A DNA stretch of 64,000 nt from the human T2T-CHM13v2.0 reference genome, Homo sapiens. The stretch lies in NCBI RefSeq assembly GCF_009914755.1, contig NC_060934.1, one strand, 5' to 3'. Positions within the stretch are counted from its first letter, which is position 1; each line of letters starts with the position of its first letter. Positions 38,603 through 64,000 of the stretch are shown piece by piece. The position numbers and the translations under genes were made by a program. Under the pieces are notes generated by a model. That model ran no database searches, was not told where the DNA came from, and worked only from the letters and a program-made list of their open reading frames with translations.

Positions 38603-39637
38603 TTTATAGCAGTTTTTATACAAATATTAGTTTCACTACTAGTTTGCAGGGTGGGTCTGTAACGGACTTTTCTTGCATATTAAAAGGAATAAATGGGGAA
38701 AGGCTCCTGTCTAGCCTAGCAGTAGCTGTTGAACTGTCCTGATCTGACTATTGGATCTTAGGAGCAGCGAACCATGGAGAGAAAGGAAAATGGGTTTCCT
38801 ATCACACTAAATTTTGAAGTAGGAACCATTTCTTTTCCTTTTCTACTTTCCCACCTTTTACTAGTTTTTAGGCTTTAGGATGTCTTTTTAACATCACAAG
38901 GTCCATATTGACCAAGTTGGACCAACTTTTTAACACAAGATTAAATGTTGACTTGCATTGAGTTATGTCCATTGTAAGATACACAGTAGTGTTACAGACC
39001 ACTTAAAATATGCTTCTAGTTGTAAGAAGCCATTGATTGTAAGGTGCACCCCAATTCCGGAGATGCTAAAATATGAAAAATGGATGCATCTTAGAATTGA
39101 TGAATAGTGTTTCTCTCCCTAATCAAAGCTCTTGGATGTGCCTGGAAATCCCCAGTAGTGTTTTTTGAAAAGAACACTAGTTAGGGGCATAGGGAGATCA
39201 GATGATCAGTAGACTCCATCTCAGGGTGGCCCCTGTGGTCCCTAAGCCAGTTCGTATGGGCAGTTTAATATATAACTAATGAGTAGACATTGAATAGATG
39301 AGTAAATTATCTTTGAGTATCTTTTATTTACTCTGATGTTGTAGACTTTGTTACTCTTTTATAGTTTTATATTTCTGATGAGCCTTCCTTTCTTATGGCA
39401 CAGATTTGTTATACTGTTAAAGTCTGGAACAGTGGAGCTTGGCTCTTGATCCAGCTGTATATAATTGGCTGTTGACTTATGAAGGAGGACAGGAGTATGC
39501 TAGAGATAGGGATAAAATATTATAATCACATTTGCAGTTAGGGAGATTAGTTACATGTTGGAAAATCATTTTGAAGAAAGGAAGACTGAAGATGTTCAAA
39601 CTTGTAGGAAGGTCTTTCTGGCCTAGCCCGGATTAAA

Positions 39638-39764
39638 CCCATTTATGCCTAGTGTTCCACTATTGGAACGCTAAGCACGTGGGAGTTATTTATATCCTGC
39701 TCAAGGTCATCACCAAGGTCTGATTGCAAAAATTCAAAAAATTGCAGCCTCAGGCATAAATGGG
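39638..39764 (+). mobile_element. MER85 piggyBac-derived MITE, essentially full length
   Basis: Perfect 13 bp TIRs CCCATTTATGCCT/AGGCATAAATGGG. TTAA target at 39765-39768 and TTAA(A) on the left. Internal palindrome GTTCCACTATTGGAAC at 39654-39669. Confidence 0.93.
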
Positions 39765-40411
39765 TTAAGATGGTGGCAGATAATTAGGGCCTGGAATGGA
39801 TAGGAGGCGATAACTAGCGTGGATGAGAGAAGGAATGGGATTGGCAAGAACAACTCCTGGATTTCTAGCTTGGAAAGCAGGGTAGATGTGGGTGACAGAT
39901 ATGAAAAATGAGGTGGGAGAGCTGGTTTGTAGAAGAAAATAGTATTGGATCACATGGAGTTTGAGATATCTGAAACAGCCAAGTAGGGATTTCCACTTGG
40001 CAGTTGTCTATATGGGTCTGGGGTTTGACAGAGGTTTGTGCTGGAGGTAGGCATTTGGGAGTCATTGCTGTATAGATTTTATATTCCAACAGTGGGAATT
40101 GGGTGGCTCTCTCAAGTGACTCTTGCTTACAAGTGACAGCCCTAACTCAAGTTAGCTTAAAGGAGGGAAAAGCTTCTCCCCACTAACCCCCATGATATTG
40201 AAAGGTCTAGAAATAGACATGGCTGGACCTAAGTGCTCAAATGATATAATTAATTGAGGTTGTCTTTTCTGTTCTTCACTATTGTGGTCTCATTTCAGGC
40301 AGGTGCATATATCTGGCAGAGGAAGACATAGGTTATAGGTTATAGAATTACAGGTTATAGGTTATAGACCTCGTATCGAGAACTCCTTGTATGGTCTAGC
40401 AAAGAGCCTAA

Positions 40412-42158
<1,747 letters not shown>

Positions 42159-42801
42159 GACTTGGATAGTTTTGATACTGTTTTATGTATATTAAGATTT
42201 GTAGGTAGTTTTCTTACTAGTAATTAAAATGCTTTGTAATGTATTTCAAGAGTATAGGGTCTTGAGTGTTTTAAATTTGTATATAAGAATGTTTTAGATT
42301 CCTGGCTAAAAGAAGCTCTTGTTAGAAAATATTAAAGTAAAGGCTGTTAAATTTTGGTGAGGCTCTTAATGTCTGCATTTTTCAAGAATCATTTAAAAAT
42401 GTCATGAAATAAAAATATTTCAGTGGTAACTGTTCAGAAGTATCTTAAATGTATACCAAATCAATGAAATATAATCGCTGGGTAACAGATTATTCTTCCT
42501 TCATTTTATAATCTTTTATGTAATAAAAATGTGGGGGAAAAATTGCATGTTGAAGTTGTACGTGTATATTTTAGCAAAAACTGTTAATCTTTCTGAAGTA
42601 CTGCTTTGGTCATCATCCCTATTTGTTAAATATTTTTCCCTGTTTTCTTATTTGCTTACAATAGAAAATCCAGAATATCTTGGACTGGTCTCCTGCTCTG
42701 GCCAAGTCAGCCTTTTCTGCTTTGCTTCCTTTCCTACTATTTTATCAGCCTAAGTCACCTAAATATCCGATTCAGGTTTGGGTTCAGAATCCTTAGACCT
42801 C

Positions 42802-43733
<932 letters not shown>

Positions 43734-44056
43734 CTAGTATAGTTTCCCTAACTACGTATTACCATAGAACTGTGTGTTTTCTGTTAACAGAAGTTACACA
43801 TATTTGTGGTTGAAATTTCAAACAATACAGAAATGAAGTAATGAAAGTCTTCTGTAATCATGCTTCACCTGTGCCCCAAGATTGCCACTGTTGAAAGTAT
43901 AGAGCTAGAAAAAATTTTCTTTTCTGTTGCCTTCTTTCTTTTTTTCTGTCCCCATTTCCTAAAATGGGGTCATACGATACATCCTTATCTTTAAATTTAT
44001 TTTCACTGAATATATAGGGGGATTCTTTTTATGTCAGTAAATTTCAATTTCCTCAT

Positions 44057-45202
<1,146 letters not shown>

Positions 45203-45428
45203 ATATCAGTCTGTTTTTATCTTTGCCAGTTTGCCAGCTGAAAAAACATTCATGATATAAGGTTTCTTTGCTGTTGTATGAATATTAAAAAACAAAAAAT
45301 TTTAAGTTTCATTTGTCTTATACTCTCAACTTGTTATACGCTCCTTTGATTTTTGTGCTAAAATATTTCGTATTGCTAACAGTACACATGCATGCTTTGT
45401 ACAAAGTAAATGTTCAGATATTTGTATC

Positions 45429-46265
<837 letters not shown>

Positions 46266-48090
46266 ATGGCCAAATTGATATTTTTCTGGCTGTAAGGGCA
46301 AGGGATAATAATAAAGTAACGTTTTTCTAAGAATAAATATAAATATCTTAAATATAAAGAGCGTGAGTAAAGTTTCTTTAAAGTACATTAAAAAAACTGT
46401 TATCCAAAATGAAACATTTGTTAAAAGAAGTGGATTATGCTATTAAAGATGTGCCCCCCACCCCCATGTGTTTGTTCCTATCGTAGTAATGCTGATTGTT
46501 AATGGATGGCATAGTAACTTTAATTGTGTTCACAGGCCTTTGTTCTTAAAATTATGCACTCTTCCCTGTTTTTTCTTAGCATTTTATCAATTTGCATAGA
46601 AGAGAAAATGATTTGTAACAGGTTTCTCTGGTCACATCACTGAGGAGAGTCAACAAAAGAAGTCATTCAATTGAGGTTAAATCTTTACACAAAGAAGGCA
46701 TTAATAGCTTAAAAGAATAAAGAAATCCTGATATGGTTATTGTGACTTTTCCATTTATCTGGTTATGAAATAACTAAAAAGGTTAATTAAATGTTGGCTT
46801 ATTTCTAGGTTTAGTTATGCATCGGTGTGTTTATTGCTTTCTGTGCCTTATTACACTCTGCTTACTAGGTTTGTGACCTTGAGCCAAAGTTGTTAATTAC
46901 TCTAAGCCTTCTTTTCTCATATGTGAAACAAGGATAATAATGGTCCTCTCTCTCAGGGCTACTGTGAGGACTAAATGAATGATGAGTGCAGTTCAGTGCT
47001 TAACACTGTGCTTGCCACTGTAGTAGCTTAATGAATGTTAGTGAAGATGAGTATTTCTGAGAGAAATAAGCAGGACAGTTCTATCTTAAAATGCAGGTTT
47101 GAATGGCTTCACATACAGGGTCCTTGAAAATTAAATCTGATCTTGTTGCTTTCTAAAAGTATGCATTATTTTAGCTTCCATGTTAATATTCACATTTGAA
47201 TTTGCAAAATGCTTCTGTGTATCATCAGTACTGGCAAATTGATATAGGAAATTTTGTTGCTTTTCCTGCTTTGTACATCAAGAATTGGAGGCTAATGAAG
47301 GTTAATTTTCCCACCAATGTCAAACAAGTTGGTGTAAAAGAGTAAATAGATCTAGAGCTGAACTCTGTAGTTCTACCTACTAGGGAGGCTGAGGTGAGAG
47401 GATCACTTGAGGCCAGGATTTTGCAGCTGTAATGCATTATGAGAATAATGTGCTATGTAAATAGCAACTGCGCTTCAGCGTGGACAACATAGCGAGACCC
47501 TGTCTCTAAAAAGAAAAAAGTAAATAGAATCAGACTTTTCCTCATTCACTCAGAGTGGATGATTAGGACCTCAAAGTTACATATAAAGTAAAGTCAAAGA
47601 CTCCACATGCTAAAGAAAGCCCTAGGCATTAGTGGCCAGAATCCTTTCCAGGGCTTATTAAGATGTGGCAGAATTAGGTCACAAGTTGGGGGGAGAAGGA
47701 ATTGTGCCAGAATTGTCATTGCAGCTATTAGTTTGCCTAGCAGGGAGCACTGTAGTTTTTCTTCCCTTCTCCTTCCCTTGGAGTGTCCTTCCCTTAGAAA
47801 CTTAGTGTGGAGAGGTCTAAGAGAACCATTCCTGGAGGTTAAGAATACTAGCAGAAGATGGAATGGAGTATCTGATTACCTAGGCAGTATTAATTACGCA
47901 GCAGGCTGGTTTATCTGTACCTATTTGAGCAAAGGATAAGGAAAATTAGAAATCCCAGTGTGGATGGAGGGGTGGCAGTGACCTTCTTTTAGTTCAGGTG
48001 GGTAATGCAGATGTAACCAGGCACCAGCCTTCTTGCCAGGCAGGCTGTGCTGGACAGGGGAGCAAAAGTAGTTGGAAGAGGGTGAGCTGA

Positions 48091-48515
48091 GGCTGGGCAA
48101 GGTGATGCAGACCTATAATCGCAGTACTTTGGGAGGCCGAGGTGGGAGGATCATTGAGCTCAGGAGTTCGAGATCAGCCTGGGCAACATGGCGAAACCCC
48201 GTCTCTACAAAAAGTATAAAAATTAGCTAGGCGTGGTGGCGGGCGCCTGTGGTCCCAGCTGCTCAGGAGGCTGAGGTGGCAGATTGGCTTGAGCCCAGGA
48301 GGTTGAGGCTACAGTGAGCTGAGATCGTGCTACTGCACATCAGCCTAAGTGACAGTGAGGCCCTGTGTCATATTCCCAGCTTCTTGGGCAACTGAGGCAG
48401 GAGGACTGCCTGAGCCCAGAAGGTTGAGGCTGCAGTGAGCTATGATCTTATCACTGCACTTCAGTCTGCGAGAGAGAGACCCTGTCTCAAAACCAAACAA
48501 AACAATACAACAAAT
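48091..48515 (+). mobile_element. Alu with an extra right arm (three arms) inside one TSD
   Basis: TSD gagggtgagctga at 48078-48090 and 48517-48529. Confidence 0.85.
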
Positions 48516-48963
48516 GGAGGGTGAGCTGAAGCAGATCTTCAGGTGGGCTGAGAGCCTCTAGTCTCCTTTGTCATGAAAGAACCCCACTTGTCCCCAGAAG
48601 AAAAGCTATCATTTGTCTGCTTGTGATACAGACAGTGTAGTCAGTATTAGCCAGGAAAGTGGCAACTGAGATAGCTACTCCAGTCTCTCTCCTCCCTCCC
48701 CTATTCATCAGACCACACCCCTTCCTCCAGGCTAGCTCTCTTGGACTGGGTGCACCCAATCTGAATTTGAAGAGAAAGGAGGTGATTGTAAGACTGAAGA
48801 TTAAAGTTTTAAACTGTACTTTTTAATAACCAAAAGCTATAGGAACTTTTCAAGATCTCCATAAGAAGTGGAAAAGGGAGATTTGACCAACCACAATTAG
48901 GGATAGGGATAGAGAAACAATTGTTTCTTGTGTTTGTACCGATTTCAGACCCTTTGTTAAGAG

Positions 48964-49060
48964 CCTTAAGTTCCCATTACCTTAAGTTCCCATTAAGGCC
49001 TTTGGACACATTAAGTTCCCATTAAGTTCCCACCAAGGCCTTTGGACACCAAATCCCATT
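48964..49060. repeat. Compound tandem repeat: TTAAGTTCCCA x4 and AAGGCCTTTGGACAC x2, in AAB-AAB order
   Basis: Seen directly. Confidence 0.9.
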
Positions 49061-49836
49061 CTCTTTTTCTCCGTATGAGGCTGTCACAGTACTATAGATG
49101 ACCATTTGATCTTCTCAGTGGCCTGTTTCCAAATGCATTCTGATTCTCAATACTATTTTAGCATTAAGTGTATCATTTAATTTTATCTCAGATTTATAAG
49201 CTGTATATTATATGATAACCCTTTTAATTGGAATATTAATTCAAATATCTTAATTCCTTTTTATGGAATTGTTGGAGTTTATCAAACCTTGGAAACGTTA
49301 AATAACATAAAAAGCACTCAAAAAGAAACACTAATTCAATATTTTATTTTTACTTAGTGTTTGAGATTTTGAATTTTAGAAAGTTTTAAATTAATATTCA
49401 GCTGTTATTCACATATAAAAGGTAAGTAGGTTTTAGTTTAAAGAATGTTGAGCAATAAAATATAAGATTGAGATGGATTAAATGGTATCTGACATATTTC
49501 CTTACTCTGAATCGATTTAACCTTTACAAGTATTCTATGATATAGTTACTATTATCAGTTCCCTTTTACATGAGGAAACTAAGGCTGCAGAGGTTAAGTA
49601 GCTTGTCAAGGGTTGCATAGTTCATAAGTGGCAGAGCTGGGATTCAAACCCAGGCAGTCTGGATTTTAGAGTCCATGCTCTTAACCACATAATTATATTG
49701 TCAAATGGAGGAGGAGAATTTTAAGATGAGGATGTGTACTAGGCACAGAGTTGACTTTTAACAATTAACCTCTCTTTTAATATTTAAAACGTGGTAGAGA
49801 TTTTCCACATTTAAATTTTCCACAGTTAATCTTTGA

Positions 49837-52229
<2,393 letters not shown>

Positions 52230-52499
52230 TTTAATTCATCTTTAAATGAATTGTCCCCATTTTCTAGGAGTTATTATCTTTTCTAAAAATAACATAACTT
52301 TTTTGGATTAAATTTAGATATCCTATTTATATCTTCAGCATTGAATCAATATTTTATTAAATATACATTAAGGGAGCTTCAGTGATACTAAAAGAGTGTG
52401 ATGCTGTTGTAAATTTGCCATTGCTTTCCTTTTTGTCAATATTCAAGGATTGTCTTGGACCATGGGCCAAGCCTGAATTGTAAGAAGGAATGGTAAAGC

Positions 52500-53345
52500 A
52501 TGGTAACCCATTAAAGGGTAAAGAAATTAAAAAAAAAAAATTGTCAGAGATATACTCTTTAAAGGGCCAGATTTTTTTTATAAGACTTTAAAAAGAATTG
52601 ATGATTCTTATTTTACACAAAGATTTTTAGAGGAAAGAAAAAGTATGCAAAAGAGAAGATGCTCTTTGAAGCTGGCCATAACCCTGCTGCAAGCAAAATC
52701 AGACAAGGATGGACCAGAAAAAGAGAACAATTTCTATTCTCACTTATCGTGTATTTGTAAAATCCCAAGTAAAACACGAGCAAATTGAATCAAACAGTAT
52801 ATTGATACTATCGGATAAAGCTAGCCCAAGATTCAAGGATGATTTGACCTTAGGGATTATATTAGTGTCATTTACACTAAATAAATCTAAGGAGGAAAAC
52901 AATACAACCATCTCAGTTAATGGTAAAAAATATATTAAATGAAATTAAGTAACTCTTTGTGATAGACTAGTTTTAAGAAAAGAAAGAACCTTCCTCAACC
53001 TGATAAAGGGTAATTTTCTACCTGGGGCGTGTAGCAAACCCAACGGGTAAAATACTTCCCGTGAAAGGAAGAACAATACTAAGTTCATTTTTAGTGTTCT
53101 TTTTAGTGCTGGAGACCCCAGCCAATGGACTAAGAGAAGCTGAAGCGAAAAAGTTGTAAATATTTGAAGGGAAGGTCAGAATGTGTACTGTTTGTTTATG
53201 CTCTTTGCTAAGCATGTAATCTACCTAGAAAAGCCAAGAAAATCGATTGACAAACTGAGAAAACTAATAAATGAGTTCAGTAAGTTGGCTCTACACGTGG
53301 TAAACGAGGAAATCCATACATAGGTTCCTGTACACCAGCAATAGC
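52500..53345 (+). mobile_element. Old, degenerate L1 ORF2 fragment
   Basis: aacttcctcaacctgataaaggg-like and tacctagaaaa...actaataaatgagttcagtaag motifs. Confidence 0.65.
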
Positions 53346-54169
53346 CGTGTGAGAAGTACTGTCACTGTCTGTTACATCTGATAAAACCTGCCTATTAATC
53401 TTTGGCCTGCTTGTCAGTTTCTTGTCCCAGACATGCTTTGAGTCATGAGGAGAGCACTCCAGGAGATGAGGCTTTCAGTTTCCTGCTTATCTCAACACGA
53501 AAGTCAAATGTTGTGAAGGGTGGACACAAGGCTGATGGTTTCATGACAGCCCCAGAGAGCAAAATTCATTCCCCCTGATGCCCATCTCACCCTGCTATAG
53601 AAAGTTTCATTTTTTGGACAGCATTTCCTGAGAGAATGTATCACTGAGTTTTCTGGAGACCTGAGGTCTAATCCTTAGTAATCTGCAGAAATACCAAAGG
53701 ATATACTAAGGAAAACAGAAAAGGCATTCCTCTAAAAATAGCTAGTTTTTTTTTTAATGTAATAGCTTGCAGTAAACAATGGCAACAATACAGAAAACTG
53801 CTTTCCTCCCTACTCTCTTTGCTCTCCCCTCTGTGCTGTTTTCTTTTCCTTGGTAACCAGTGTTGTTACTGTATGTATCTTCCTAAGATTTTCTTTCCAT
53901 TTACAAAAATGCATATCCATTTTTTGGTGCTTTGTACAGATGGCATCATGCATTGTGCATTGCAGCTTGCCTTTTTCACCTAACATTTTCTCTATCTCCC
54001 TCCTTTTCGGCTGCTCACCCTGGGGTTCATTTCCCCGCAGCTCTGTCTGTTCCCTTGGCAGTCCTCTCCCACTGCTCTCCAACTCCTGACACCTTCCATT
54101 GTCTCTCTTTTTCTATTTGCCTTCTTGTTCTTAAGGATTCTTAAATGTTTTAAGCAGCCTCTGTTCCCC

Positions 54170-54580
54170 TTCTTAGACTAATGTTTTTAAATGGGTAAAA
54201 TACGTAAGACTTGTGAAGGAAAACAATTATTTTGAAATATAGCTATTAACATTTTTAGATATAGTAATACGTTTGTTCTTTTATTAACTTATTAAATAAT
54301 CCAGGGGTGAGTATAACAACTGCCCTAATTTTTAGATGCTGATGAGCATAAATAATGCTTTGAGTTGCCTGCAGCAAGTAGTTTGATGAGAATATCTGAT
54401 TTGTTTTTATTACAAAGTCACAGGTGTTGCTAATACTACTGTGTATCCTGCCTACTCTCATAAGTAAAGAAAAATTCAAAGTTCGGTTAGTGAAAATAAA
54501 AATGTAATCTTTTTCACATCTAAGGTTATGAACCTCTTGAATTTTGTGAGGCCATGGGCTTCTGAATAAGAACTTCTGCA
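54170..54580 (+). mobile_element. hAT-Charlie remnant (Charlie4-like), followed by an L2 fragment (~54600-55330)
   Basis: acaaagtcacaggtgttgctaatactactgtg and ttagtgaaaataaa motifs; family call tentative. Confidence 0.5.
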
Positions 54581-55677
54581 GTTGAAACTTGGTTCACACT
54601 GGAGGACACTGATTGTTTTTTGTAGTCCACTCAAGCAGTGGAATTTTCTGTTGCAGACCCCCTTTCCTTGGGCCTGGAGGGGTTATCCTTTACCCCCTTT
54701 GCTACTTCCAGATCACTCTCCCTCCCACCTTCCTTAACATCAAATAGAAAACATGATATTCAATCTCATGATACATCTTGTAGTTTTCCATGGAACCTTG
54801 ACTGACTTCCTTCTCATTTAATGAAGATTTTGTCTTATATGGCTCATTTTCTCTAGTACTTCTTTATTCTAGTTCTTGATCTCAACATCCAGGTGGGAGA
54901 CTCTTCCACTACCTTCCTGGCCTCTTAATATCTTGACTTCCTGCAAAGTTTCCACCCTACCTCAGCTATCATGGTCATACCCCAGTTCTGTTATACAATA
55001 ATAACAAAAAATTATAACCCCTTCCATAATTTCAGTTCTACCCTGATCATCACTTCCCACTTTACTGGCTCATGCCTTCTAGTGCCAACAATTCTTTTAT
55101 CTCACTGAGACTTAGAACCCATTGACCCTATTATCTTTGCACTGTTCCTCACCATACTCTCTCCTTATGTCCTTACCCTTCTCTTTATTCAGTTTAATTT
55201 CTGTTGTTGGTCATGATTGTTCAGTTGCAAATATTCTCAGTACACTTGCCCTCACTTGCTTCATTGCTTAATAGAGAAACCCCAGTTTCTCTATTAAGAA
55301 CTGCAGTTGGTTAAATCCAACTGTGCCTACTCTACACTTGTACTTTTTAAAAATGTGGTTTAGAAAAATGGATATCAACTGGGCACGGTGGCTCATGCCT
55401 GTAATCCCAGCACTTTGGGAAGGCCCAGACAGGAGGATTACTTGAACCCAGGAGTTTGAGATCGGAGTGGACAACATAGTGAAACACTGTGTCTGCAAAA
55501 AAATTAAAAAGTTATTTGGGCATGGTGGCATATGCCCGTAGTTCCAGCTACTTGGGAGGCTAAAGTGGGAGGATCACTTGAGCCTGATGAGGTTTAGGTT
55601 GCAGTGAGCTGTCATTGCACCACTGTACTCCAGTGGGTGACTGAGCCTGACCCTGTCTCAAAAGAAAAAAAAAAGAA

Positions 55678-63900
<8,223 letters not shown>

Positions 63901-64000
63901 GCTGCGCTTGGCTGGAGAATTAACTTGGCTGATTGGCCTTACCACTAATTACCACTAAGTTCAGGAGAGTCCTTAAAACTGCACAGCAGTAGTTCCTAGT

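Noticed and set aside
40329-40368. Short (AGGTTAT)n heptamer repeat, superficially telomere-like
   Set aside because: Only ~5 imperfect units and not TTAGGG; ordinary slippage.
48964-49060. Repeat-spacer appearance suggesting a CRISPR-like array
   Set aside because: No unique spacers, very short units, eukaryotic intron and no cas genes.
52700-53350. Slightly elevated CpG count in an old L1 fragment
   Set aside because: Too modest to support an enhancer or GC-biased conversion claim without computation.

Overview
Alu-rich primate DNA that I recognise as the human chr10q23.2 LDB3-BMPR1A region, both genes on the + strand. It holds the last two coding exons of LDB3 (ZASP/Cypher; 4273-4388 and 11014-11103, third LIM domain) and its ~3 kb 3'UTR, a ~20 kb repeat-dense intergenic stretch, the BMPR1A CpG-island promoter with non-coding exon 1 (~34690-34989), and the first ~29 kb of BMPR1A intron 1. 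Nearly every other ORF in the track is Alu, L1, microsatellite or GC-rich noise. The main observations beyond standard annotation are: (1) a ~500 bp non-Alu inverted repeat just past the LDB3 poly(A) signals, with a 73 bp perfect core and strand-biased mismatches; (2) an inverted ~450 bp copy of one intron-1 segment nested inside an Alu ~15.5 kb away, with a readable template-switch mechanism; (3) several smaller templated-duplication scars; (4) an intact MER85 with its CSB-PGBD3 palindrome; (5) a 3'-truncated U3 snoRNA pseudogene; (6) candidate divergent and alternative BMPR1A promoter elements. Alignments and counts were done by eye, repeat family names come from recalled consensus sequences, and repeat boundaries are approximate.
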